Assembly (NCBI RefSeq): GCF_000737315.1
Contig: NZ_JMCB01000017.1
Coordinates: forward strand, 1 to 64,000
Length of the DNA: 64,000 nucleotides
DNA from: Hyalangium minutum
Lineage (GTDB): Bacteria > Myxococcota > Myxococcia > Myxococcales > Myxococcaceae
Reading direction: 5' to 3'
A program made the position numbers and the translations under genes. The stretch's first letter is position 1. Every line of letters starts with the position of its first letter. Positions 1 to 8,252 of this stretch are shown here, piece after piece. The notes beneath the pieces were generated by a model. It saw only the letters and a list, made by a program, of their open reading frames with translations. It did not search any database and was not told where the DNA came from.

Positions 1-262
1 CATCGGGCAAGTAACCAAAGGCGCGCGGCTTCACGATGTTGGGATGGTCCAGCATCAGAAGCACCAGCACCTCGCGCAGCGTGCGGGCGTGCGTCCGCCC
101 ATGGTCGCTGCTCTCCTGCCGGTGCAGCGCGAGTTTGAGCGCGAATGGCTGGCCGTCCTTCTCCACATGGTGGACAGCCCCAAAGCCGCCCTTGCCCATG
201 GCCCCCACCACTTGCCAGCCGTCCACGACGGTGCCGGGCGGTAACTCGACTGTTCCGATCAT
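1..262 (-). CDS. Ser/Thr protein kinase, N-terminal part (continues off the left edge)
   Basis: My translation: MIGTVELPPGTVVDGWQVVGAMGKGGFGAVHHV...FALKLA...REVLVLLMLDHPNIVK. Shows the Gly-rich loop, the subdomain II Lys, the alphaC Glu and the HPNIV motif. The ATG at 262 overlaps the upstream stop (ATGA). Confidence 0.85.
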   Translation of the reverse strand, partial: MIGTVELPPGTVVDGWQVVGAMGKGGFGAVHHVEKDGQPFALKLALHRQESSDHGRTHARTLREVLVLLMLDHPNIVKPRAFGYLPD

Positions 263-1137
263 GGCTTGCCCTCCACCTTTGTCGGCACGCGCACGGCGGG
301 AATCGAAAAGCTCCGGCCATCTTTCCCTCCGAGTTCCAGCACGTATTCTCCCCCAGCACCCTTTGGCGGTGCCTCCGCTTCCACGAGGATTCGTCCCTTT
401 TGCCCGGATGGAATCGCCTCTGGGATTGCTGTCATCGCCCGCACCGTCACCTGTCTTCCCGCCTTGCTCGTCAGCGTCGCCCCCTGCGGTGCCCAAGGCT
501 GGCTGGACCCGTTGATGATTCTGACATCCAGCAGCAACCAGCCGGGGCCAAGATGGGAAACGCCGCGTTCCGCCTCGAAGCCGCCCGCCTCGTCCCGGTA
601 GAACTCAAAGGATGTGGTCTTGACGCCGGTCTCGTCCAAGTAGCCGGCCCGAGCGAATTCGAGAGGTCCCATCGCGCGGCACAGGGCTTTGAGCGCCAGC
701 AGTTCGGTCTGGCAGGTGGCTTCCGACGGCTCGAGCCGTATCACGTCGATCCGGGTGTCCACTTCGGAGGAAGCCGGCACGAGAACAAACATTGCTTCAG
801 CCGGAGCCTTCCCATCCGCGAATGAGACGCGCAGAGCCAGGCGCTCGGTGGACCCGAGTTCGAGCAGAGGCTCGAGGAAGAGGGAGCGATCGCCTGCGTC
901 CACCGTGATTCGAGTGCCGCGCCCATCCACCTCGATGGCCTCCCGATTCAGCGGGGACTGGAAGCGGAGCAACGTGGCGACGCCCTGGACGACGCGGATC
1001 TCGTGCGGCGGATCCGCAGGGTTGCCGGTCACGGTGACGGAGCGTGCTCGGCGCTCTTGAGGGGAGCTCGACTGGGCCCGCGCAGCTGTTCCAAGGAGGA
1101 GAACGATGGCGAGGACCCACATAGTAGGTTGGCACAC
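259..1137 (-). CDS. DUF2381-family exported protein (myxobacteria-specific)
   Basis: Signal peptide (WVLAIVLLLGTAARAQ), then IRVVQGVATLLRFQSPL...LFLEP...RLALRVSFADG...EVDTRIDV. Sits next to a kinase as DUF2381 genes typically do. Confidence 0.7.
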   Translation of the reverse strand: MCQPTMWVLAIVLLLGTAARAQSSSPQERRARSVTVTGNPADPPHEIRVVQGVATLLRFQSPLNREAIEVDGRGTRITVDAGDRSLFLEPLLELGSTERLALRVSFADGKAPAEAMFVLVPASSEVDTRIDVIRLEPSEATCQTELLALKALCRAMGPLEFARAGYLDETGVKTTSFEFYRDEAGGFEAERGVSHLGPGWLLLDVRIINGSSQPWAPQGATLTSKAGRQVTVRAMTAIPEAIPSGQKGRILVEAEAPPKGAGGEYVLELGGKDGRSFSIPAVRVPTKVEGKP

Positions 1138-1297
1138 TGAGGGACGACCTCCAAGGTCACCCTACCAGATTGCAACCAGGGATCCTCTCGAAGCGCCCCC
1201 CTCCTGCGGCATGGCGCCAGCGCCTCTGCAGATGGACCGATGATTTCCGCAGGCCTGTGGCGTCAAAGAAGCGCTGAACTTCTTTTTCGGAGACACC

Positions 1298-2176
1298 ATG
1301 AACCTGCTGTGCCGGAACATCCCGTTTTTCGTCCTCTTTCTCGTGGCCCTGGGAACGTCGGCCTTCGCTCAACCCAAGCAGAAGGCGCCCGGCAGCTACG
1401 CGAAGGTCAACGGGCTCGAGCTCTACTATGAGACGCACGGCAAGGGCCGGCCCTTGGTCCTCCTCCACGGTGGACTCGGGTCTACGTCCATGTTCGGCGA
1501 TAACCTCAAGGCACTCGCGAAGCACTACAAGGTCATCGCGGTGGACCTGCAGGGGCATGGGAGGACGGCCGACATCGACCGGCCGCTCAGTGTCGAGCTG
1601 ATGGCCGATGACGTCGCGGCCCTCATCCAGCACCTCAAGCTAGGGAAGGCCGACGTGTTCGGCTACTCCCTGGGCGGTGGCGTCGCGCTGCTGGTGGGCA
1701 TTCGCCATCCGGAGCTCGTGAACAAGCTGGTCATCGTCTCCACGGTGTTCCGCCGCGATGCCTTCTACCCGGAGATCCTCGCCCAGCAGGGACAGGTCAA
1801 TGAGGGAGCCGTTGAGATGATGAAGCAGACGCCCATGTACCAGGGCTATGCCGCTGTCGCTCCCCGCCCCCAGGACTTCCCAAGGCTCCTGAAGAAGATC
1901 GGCGAGGCCATGAAGCAGGACTTCGATTTCTCGAAGCAGATCGCGTCGCTTCAGGCGCCCACACTGGTCATGGCCGCGGACGCAGACCTGTTCCCCGCCT
2001 CGCACGCCGTGGAGTTCTTCGGATTGCTCGGCGGCGGCAAGCGGGACGGTGGCTGGGACGGCTCGGGGCGGCCGAAGTCGAGGCTCGCCATTCTCCCGGG
2101 GCTGACGCACTACAACATCTTCGCCGATCCGCTCATGGTGACCGTCGCCCTGCCGTTCCTGCAGGAAGGCACGTAA
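1298..2176 (+). CDS. alpha/beta hydrolase with signal peptide
   Basis: PLVLLHGG oxyanion motif, GYSLGG nucleophile elbow, C-terminal His (THYN), RBS GGAG. Confidence 0.85.
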   Translation: MNLLCRNIPFFVLFLVALGTSAFAQPKQKAPGSYAKVNGLELYYETHGKGRPLVLLHGGLGSTSMFGDNLKALAKHYKVIAVDLQGHGRTADIDRPLSVELMADDVAALIQHLKLGKADVFGYSLGGGVALLVGIRHPELVNKLVIVSTVFRRDAFYPEILAQQGQVNEGAVEMMKQTPMYQGYAAVAPRPQDFPRLLKKIGEAMKQDFDFSKQIASLQAPTLVMAADADLFPASHAVEFFGLLGGGKRDGGWDGSGRPKSRLAILPGLTHYNIFADPLMVTVALPFLQEGT

Positions 2177-2231
2177 GACACCGGGCAGGCGCGGTGCAGC
2201 TGCGGATCATGAGGATCGCGCGGGTGCGCCG

Positions 2232-2993
2232 CTAGCGGCGTTTGACGTTCATGGGGCCAAAGCCCTGATCGGCGGGCATGACCTCGACCACGTTGAGGTT
2301 CACGTGGGCGGGGCGCGTGATGCAGAACAGGACGATGTCCGCGATGTCATCGGGGGTGAGGGGCTGCATGCCTTCGTAGACCTTGCGGGCGCGCTCGGCG
2401 TCGCCCTTGAAGCGCACGACGGAGAAGCCGGTCTCGACCATGCCGGGCTGCACTTCGGTGACGCGCACACGCGTGCCCACGAGGTCGGCCTTCAGGTTCT
2501 GGGAGAACTGGTGCACGAAGGCCTTGGTGGCGCCGTACACGTTGCCGCCCGGGTACGGGTACGTGGCGGCCACAGAGCCCAGGTTCACCACATGCCCGCG
2601 GTTGCGCTGCACCATGCCCGGCAGGAGCACGCGCGTCACATAGACGAGCCCCTTGCAGTTGGTGTCAATCATCGTCTCCCAGTCATCGAGATCGGCCGTG
2701 TGAGCGGGCTCCATGCCAAGCCCGAGACCCGCGTTGTTGATGAGCAGGTCCACCTCGGAGAACGGGGCGGGCAGCGAGGAGAGCGCGGTCTCGACCGCGG
2801 GGCGCGAGCGGACATCCAGCTCAATGATGTGAGAGGGCGTGGGGAGCCGGGCCGCGAGGGCCTCGAGCCGGTCGCGCCGGCGGCCGGTAAGCACGAGGCG
2901 TGCTCCCGCCTTCGAGAGGGCGACTGCACAGGCCTCGCCGATGCCGGAGCTCGCGCCAGTAATGAGAGCCGTCGATCCATTGAGGGTGTCCAT
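2232..2993 (-). CDS. SDR oxidoreductase (YdfG-like NADP-dependent 3-hydroxy acid dehydrogenase)
   Basis: TGASSGIG, NNAG, YPYPGGNVYGATKAFV, C-terminal P.HVN.N. Confidence 0.85.
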   Translation of the reverse strand: MDTLNGSTALITGASSGIGEACAVALSKAGARLVLTGRRRDRLEALAARLPTPSHIIELDVRSRPAVETALSSLPAPFSEVDLLINNAGLGLGMEPAHTADLDDWETMIDTNCKGLVYVTRVLLPGMVQRNRGHVVNLGSVAATYPYPGGNVYGATKAFVHQFSQNLKADLVGTRVRVTEVQPGMVETGFSVVRFKGDAERARKVYEGMQPLTPDDIADIVLFCITRPAHVNLNVVEVMPADQGFGPMNVKRR

Positions 2994-3024
2994 GGGGCGC
3001 GGACTCTACAGGACATTGGGCTCC

Positions 3025-3052
3025 AGGCCGCGCCCCCGTTCGGGCGCGGCCT
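3025..3052. terminator. GC-rich hairpin between tandem SDR genes
   Basis: AGGCCGCGCCC-ccgttc-GGGCGCGGCCT, 11-bp stem about 10 nt after the stop of the 3062 gene; no U-tract. Confidence 0.4.
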
Positions 3053-3061
3053 CCCGCCCGT

Positions 3062-3799
3062 TCAGAAGTCGCTAGCAGTCGGGCGCACGATGATCTCGCT
3101 GACATCGACGCCATCGGGCTGCTCGATGGCGAAGGCGATGGCCTTGGCGATGGACTCCGCGGGGATCGCGATCCGCCGGAAGTCCTCCATCGCCTTCTGG
3201 GAGAAGGGGTCGGTGATGCTCTCCGCGAGCTCCGACTCTGTGACGCCCGGTGAAATGACCGTCACGCGGATGTCCCCGCCGACCTCCTGACGCAGCCCCT
3301 CGGAGATGGCCATCACGGCGGACTTGGTTGCGCAGTAGACGGCCGCCGTGGGCACGACCTTGTGACCTCCGAGGGACGAGATGTTGATGAACTGCCCGCT
3401 GCGCTGCTTCTTCATCAGCGGCAGGCCCGCGGCGATGCCGTGCAGCACGCCCCGGATGTTCACGTCGATCATCCGGTTCCACTCATCGATCTTCAGCACC
3501 TCCAGCTTGGACAGAGGCATGACGCCCGCGTTGTTGATGATGACATCCACGCGGCCGAAGGCGCCGAGCGCGAACTCGACGAAGGACTGCATGTCCTCGC
3601 GCCGGGTGACATCCAGGGCGCGGTAGCGGGCCGAGCCGCCGTCGGCAGTAATGGCCTTCGTGAGAGCCTCGAGCCTGTCGGTGCGCCGGGCCCCGAGCAC
3701 CACGTGAGCGCCCTGCCTGGCGAGCAGGCGGGCGGTGGCCTCGCCAATGCCGCTGCTGGCGCCGGTGATGACAACGACCTTTCCCTTGATTCCGGACAT
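3062..3799 (-). CDS. SDR oxidoreductase
   Basis: MSGIKGKVVVITGASSGIG, NNAG, YCATK. Start placed at ATG 3799 rather than the ORF-track start. Confidence 0.88.
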   Translation of the reverse strand: MSGIKGKVVVITGASSGIGEATARLLARQGAHVVLGARRTDRLEALTKAITADGGSARYRALDVTRREDMQSFVEFALGAFGRVDVIINNAGVMPLSKLEVLKIDEWNRMIDVNIRGVLHGIAAGLPLMKKQRSGQFINISSLGGHKVVPTAAVYCATKSAVMAISEGLRQEVGGDIRVTVISPGVTESELAESITDPFSQKAMEDFRRIAIPAESIAKAIAFAIEQPDGVDVSEIIVRPTASDF

Positions 3800-3885
3800 G
3801 GGTGTTCCCTCGCTCGTGTGTCGTGAGAGCCCGGGACAGGAGCGCCCCGGGAGCGAGGCAATAAGTACGAGCTGGGGGCTCTCCA

Positions 3886-3925
3886 TCGGTAGACCATTCC
3901 TGGCGCGCTCTTGCCTAATCCTGCA
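3886..3925 (-). promoter_or_regulatory. candidate AraC (YqhC-like) operator
   Basis: Minus strand TGCAGGATTAGGCAAGAGCGCGCCAGGAATGGTCTACCGA, with an imperfect CAGGA direct repeat, in the divergent SDR/AraC gap; resembles YqhC-type sites as I recall them. Confidence 0.35.
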
Positions 3926-3979
3926 AGCCGCTGCGAGAGGGAGAGCATGCCCCTGTGGAAGGCAGTAGTCTGATCCTCC

Positions 3980-4915
3980 ATGGCGATGACCGCATGGAAG
4001 CAGCCCCCGAACTCGAAGCTCCCTGAGCTTCTGGCCGAGCTGGCCTCATGGATCAACCGCTTCAGCCCAGAAGACGGCACGACCCCCACGGAGATCCCGC
4101 ACGTGACACTCCACCGGGCTTCGAGGACGGGGGAGCCGCTGCGCGTGCTCTATCAGCCCTCGGTGTGCCTCATCGCCCAGGGGAGCAAGCAGGTGATGCT
4201 GAGCGACGAGCTCTATACGTATGACGCCTCGACCTACCTCGTGGCCTCCGTGGACCTGCCCGTCACGGGCCAGGTGGCCCAAGCCACGCCCAAGGCGCCA
4301 TACCTCTGCATCCAGCTCGACTTGGACCCTGTCGAGATCGCCGATCTGGTCCTCAAGGCGGGCGCCCCCAAGCCCAAACAGCAGGGCCCACACCGAGGCC
4401 TGTTCCTCGGGCAGACCTCCAAGGAGCTGCTGGAGGCGGTGCTCCGGTTGGCGCGCTTGCTGGAGACGCCCGAGGACGCTCCCACGCTGGCCCCGCTGGC
4501 CATCCGCGAGATCCTCTACCGCCTGCTCAAGGGAGAGCACGGCTGGAGGCTGGGACAGATCGCCACGGAGAACAGCCAGGCGCAGCGCATCGCCCAGGTC
4601 ATCGGCTGGCTGAAGGCCCACTTCACGGAGCCGCTGAGCATCGAGAAGGTCGCACGCGAGGTGCACATGAGCCCCTCTTCGCTGCACCACCACTTCAAGG
4701 CCGTCACCGCGATGAGCCCGCTGCAGTACCAGAAGCAGCTCCGGCTCCAGGAGGCGCGCCGACTCCTGCTCAGCGCGGACGTCGACGTGGCTACGGCGGG
4801 CTTCCGCGTGGGCTACGAGAGCCCCTCGCAGTTCGGCCGCGAGTACCGGCGCCTGTTTGGAACACCGCCGGGCAAGGACCTGCGGCGGCTCCGGGAGGGT
4901 GGCGCCATCGGATAA
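3980..4915 (+). CDS. AraC-family regulator (AraC_N sensor domain, YqhC-like)
   Basis: LYQPSVCLIAQGSKQV N-domain; C-terminal double HTH (MSPSSLHHHFK...SPLQYQKQLRL...VGYESPSQFGREYRRLFG). Confidence 0.9.
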   Translation: MAMTAWKQPPNSKLPELLAELASWINRFSPEDGTTPTEIPHVTLHRASRTGEPLRVLYQPSVCLIAQGSKQVMLSDELYTYDASTYLVASVDLPVTGQVAQATPKAPYLCIQLDLDPVEIADLVLKAGAPKPKQQGPHRGLFLGQTSKELLEAVLRLARLLETPEDAPTLAPLAIREILYRLLKGEHGWRLGQIATENSQAQRIAQVIGWLKAHFTEPLSIEKVAREVHMSPSSLHHHFKAVTAMSPLQYQKQLRLQEARRLLLSADVDVATAGFRVGYESPSQFGREYRRLFGTPPGKDLRRLREGGAIG

Positions 4916-4994
4916 TTCTTTGGCGCGATCGGATTCGCATGGCGAGGGCCCACCTCGCATCTTGGAGTCAGCCGAATCCCCGGCGAGGAAGAGG

Positions 4995-5888
4995 ATGACT
5001 CACATGACCAAGGTTTGGTTGATCACGGGAAGCTCACGCGGCCTGGGCCGCCAGCTCGCGAAGGCCGTGCTGGACGCCGGTCACCGCGTGGTGGCCACTG
5101 CGCGGAAGGCGGAGGATCTTCGCGACCTCCTGGCCCCTTACGGAGAGCGGGCCCGAGCAGTCGCACTGGATGTCACGAATCCGGTGGCGGCGCGCGCGGC
5201 GGTGGCCGAGGCCACGGCGGCGTTTGGCCGGTTGGATGTGGTCATCAACAACGCGGGCTATGCCAACGTCGCGCCGATCGAGACCATGGCGGAAGACGAC
5301 TTCCGCGCGCAGTTCGAGACGAACTTCTTCGGCGTCGTGAACGTGACGCGCGCCGCACTGCCGGTCCTTCGCGCCCAACGCGATGGGCACATCATCCAGA
5401 TCTCCTCGATCGGCGGCCGCGGTTCGTCGCCTGGGCTCGCTGCCTACCAGTCCGCCAAGTGGGCTGTTGGCGGCTTCTCGGAGGTCCTGGCGAAGGAGGT
5501 AGGTCCGCTGGGCATCCGGGTGACGGTCGTGGAGCCCGGAGGGATGCGCACCGACTGGGCGGGCTCATCGATGCGGGTTGACCCGGTCCCGAGCGATTAC
5601 GAACAGACGGTGAGCACCTTCAGCCAAAACGTGCGAGGGCGCGCCGACGTCATGCGCGGCGATCCGGCAAAGATCGCGAAGGTGCTGGTGGATCTGGCCT
5701 CGAATCCGAAGCCGCCGCTGCGCCTCTTGATTGGCACGGACGCCGTGTTCCTGGCGGGAGTGCTCGCGGAGACGCGCGCCCAGGAAGATGCTCAGTGGAG
5801 GTCCGTGAGCGTGTCGACGGACTTCGATGGGTTGGTAGACTTCGCGGAGACGCCCGTCGCGCAGATGCTCAAGGCCCAGCGGAGCTGA
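4995..5888 (+). CDS. SDR oxidoreductase
   Basis: KVWLITGSSRGLG, NNAG, YQSAK, VEPGGMRTDW; RBS GAGG before ATG 4995. Confidence 0.88.
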   Translation: MTHMTKVWLITGSSRGLGRQLAKAVLDAGHRVVATARKAEDLRDLLAPYGERARAVALDVTNPVAARAAVAEATAAFGRLDVVINNAGYANVAPIETMAEDDFRAQFETNFFGVVNVTRAALPVLRAQRDGHIIQISSIGGRGSSPGLAAYQSAKWAVGGFSEVLAKEVGPLGIRVTVVEPGGMRTDWAGSSMRVDPVPSDYEQTVSTFSQNVRGRADVMRGDPAKIAKVLVDLASNPKPPLRLLIGTDAVFLAGVLAETRAQEDAQWRSVSVSTDFDGLVDFAETPVAQMLKAQRS

Positions 5889-5889
5889 C

Positions 5890-6900
5890 GTGCCCACCGA
5901 ACTCGTTCCCATCCCCAGCGTCGTGCTTGATCGCCTGACCCGGCTGGGCGTCGACGTGGCCCAGGTGCTGCGACAGGCGGGCATCCTGCCCTCCCGGTTC
6001 CAGCCCCCGAGGGCCAAGCTGACGGTGGCCGAGTTCTTCGCGTTCTGGCGAGCGCTGGAGCAGGTCAGCGCGCGGCCAGACGTCGGCGTGCGCATGGGAA
6101 CCGAGGCTCTCCCCCATCAATTCGATGTCGCGTCGCTCGCGGCGCTGCACTCGGCCAACCTGGGGGAGGCCCTCCGGAAGTTCTCGCGCTACAAGCGGGT
6201 GGTCTGCTCGGAGCAGGTGTCCATCGACGTGACTCGCCGCGAGGCCCGGGTGAGCTTCCATTGGCTGCATGTCGAGGAAACGCTGCCCCTGCGGCTCGTG
6301 GATGCCACGTTCTCTTCCCTGGTCGCCCTCGCGCGCCGGGGGACCGGACAGCCTGTGCCGCCCTTGCGGCTCGAGCTGGCGCGGAGCCGCGCGGACGAGG
6401 CCCTCCTCCGGCAGCACTTCGGCTGCAAGATTCGCTTCGACGCGCCAGTCGACCTCCTCGTGTTCGAAGAGGCGGCGCTCGCCCTGCCCTTCATCACCCA
6501 CAACGCCGAGCTCCTCGAGACCATGCTGCCAGGGCTGGAGGCAGCCTTGACCGAGAGCCTGAGCTCCACGTCCGTGGCGGACGACCTGCGAGCCCTTCTG
6601 GGGCGGCAGATGAGCGGTGAGCGGCCCAGTGTCGACAAGGCCGCCCAGGAGATGCGGATGAGCCCGCGCACCCTCCAGCGCCGGCTCCAGCAGCTCGGCA
6701 CCTCCTATCAGAGCGTGCTGGATCAGGTCCGCCACGACACCTCGCGCCGCCTGCTGGAGAACACGCAGCTCGACACGGGCGAGGTCGCGTTCCTCCTCGG
6801 CTTCGAGGAACTCAACTCCTTCACCCGTGCCTTCCATGGTTGGGAGGGCGTCGCGCCCAACGCGTGGCGGAAGTCCCGGCGCGGCCAGCCCTCCACGTGA
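5890..6900 (+). CDS. AraC-family regulator (Arabinose_bd_2-type N-domain)
   Basis: MSPRTLQRRL and LLGFEELNSFTRAF HTH motifs; starts 1 nt after the SDR stop. Confidence 0.88.
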   Translation: MPTELVPIPSVVLDRLTRLGVDVAQVLRQAGILPSRFQPPRAKLTVAEFFAFWRALEQVSARPDVGVRMGTEALPHQFDVASLAALHSANLGEALRKFSRYKRVVCSEQVSIDVTRREARVSFHWLHVEETLPLRLVDATFSSLVALARRGTGQPVPPLRLELARSRADEALLRQHFGCKIRFDAPVDLLVFEEAALALPFITHNAELLETMLPGLEAALTESLSSTSVADDLRALLGRQMSGERPSVDKAAQEMRMSPRTLQRRLQQLGTSYQSVLDQVRHDTSRRLLENTQLDTGEVAFLLGFEELNSFTRAFHGWEGVAPNAWRKSRRGQPST

Positions 6901-6912
6901 GCGGAGCGCTGC

Positions 6913-7689
6913 CTACGCCCGGCGGTGCACGGGAGCTCCGTGCGGGGCGCCGATGGTGCCGCCGTCGACGACAATCTCGGCCGCGACGACATTCGAGGAC
7001 GCATCGGAGGCCAGGAAGAGAACGGCCTGAGCAACCTCGTCCGCCTCGCCCATTCGCCCCAGCGGAATGGACGTGGCGAGCCTCTGCTCTAGAGCCGCCA
7101 TCTGGTCGGAGGTGGAGGCCAGCGGGGACCAGACCGGCGTGCGCGCCGCCCCCGGCGTCACCTGATTGACGCGGATGCCTCGGGGAGCGAACTCCGAAGC
7201 CAGGACGCGTGTCATGGACCGGACCGCGCCCTTGGTGGCGGCGTAGGCGGACCAGCCGGGCGCTCCCAGCACGGCATGGACGGAGCCATTGAGGATGATC
7301 GAGGCCTTGTCCTTCAGATGAGGCGCCGCCGCCTGGATCGTGAAGAACACTCCCGTCAGGTTCGTCTGGATGATGTCATCGAACACCTGGAAGCTCGTCT
7401 GCCCCACCGGCGTCACCCCTCCGATGCCGGCGTTTGCGAAGACGATGTCGAGCTTGCCGAAAGCCTTCACCGCCTCACCCACGGCTCGCTCAATCGACGC
7501 GACGTCCTTCAGATCGGCCTGAAGCGTCAGCAGGTTGGCACCCAGCTCCGCCCTCGCGGCGTCGAGCGTCTCGGGATTGCGGCCGGTGATGGCCACCCTC
7601 GCGCCCTCGGCGATGAAGAGACGGGCCGTCGCCAGCCCGATGCCGCTGTTGCCGCCCGTGATGAAAGCCGTCTTCCCCTGGAGCCTCAT
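6913..7689 (-). CDS. SDR oxidoreductase
   Basis: ITGGNSGIG, FANAG, YAATK, PLGRMGEADEVA. Confidence 0.88.
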   Translation of the reverse strand: MRLQGKTAFITGGNSGIGLATARLFIAEGARVAITGRNPETLDAARAELGANLLTLQADLKDVASIERAVGEAVKAFGKLDIVFANAGIGGVTPVGQTSFQVFDDIIQTNLTGVFFTIQAAAPHLKDKASIILNGSVHAVLGAPGWSAYAATKGAVRSMTRVLASEFAPRGIRVNQVTPGAARTPVWSPLASTSDQMAALEQRLATSIPLGRMGEADEVAQAVLFLASDASSNVVAAEIVVDGGTIGAPHGAPVHRRA

Positions 7690-7703
7690 GGTGTCCTCCC
7701 AGA

Positions 7704-7760
7704 ACTGGTTTAATGATGAAACCGTCTAGGATATAGCCGCACTGGTTTCATGATTCAACC
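7704..7760. promoter_or_regulatory. two tandem near-palindromic operator boxes, probably for the HxlR regulator
   Basis: ACTGGTTTAATGATGAAACC (7704-7723) and ACTGGTTTCATGATTCAACC (7741-7760): 17/20 identical to each other, each an imperfect GGTT...AACC dyad. Confidence 0.6.
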
Positions 7761-7802
7761 ACTTTGGGGTATGAATCGGGTGGGAGAGAAACGGAGCCGG
7801 CT

Positions 7803-8249
7803 GTGGTGAAACGAAAGAGCCTTGAAGGAAACGTCTGCCCGGTGGCCAGAGCGCTCGATCTCATTGGCGACTGGTGGTCGCTGCTCATCATTCGCGACGC
7901 GCTCGCGGGCACGAGGCGGTTCAGCGAGTTTCAGCGGAGCCTGGGCGCGGCCAAGAACATCCTGACCACACGCCTGAGGACGCTCGTGGCGCAAGGGATT
8001 CTAGAGGTCGCGCCTGCCTCGGATGGCAGCGCCTATCAGGAGTATGTCCCGACCGAGAAAGGCCGGGCCCTGCTCCCCGTTCTCGTGGCGCTGGGACAAT
8101 GGGGCAGGGAGTACCTCTTCGAGCCGGACGAGCCCTGCTCGATCCTGGTCGACACCAAGAAGCAGCGGCCGCTCAGCAAGCTTCAGCTTCGCGCCGAGGA
8201 CGGCCGCCCCCTTCAATCGGATGAAGTCGTGTTCCGGACTCCGTCCTGA
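7803..8249 (+). CDS. HxlR-family winged-helix regulator
   Basis: CPVARALDLIGDWWSLLIIRD...RRFSEFQRSLG...L.TRL..LV..GIL...Y..TEKG. Start GTG 7803 or 7806 with GGAG upstream. Confidence 0.88.
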   Translation: MVKRKSLEGNVCPVARALDLIGDWWSLLIIRDALAGTRRFSEFQRSLGAAKNILTTRLRTLVAQGILEVAPASDGSAYQEYVPTEKGRALLPVLVALGQWGREYLFEPDEPCSILVDTKKQRPLSKLQLRAEDGRPLQSDEVVFRTPS

Positions 8250-8252
8250 GGG

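Noticed and set aside
1238-1270. ECF-like promoter (GATTTC...CGTCAAAG) before the hydrolase
   Set aside because: Single instance with a weak match; cannot be supported
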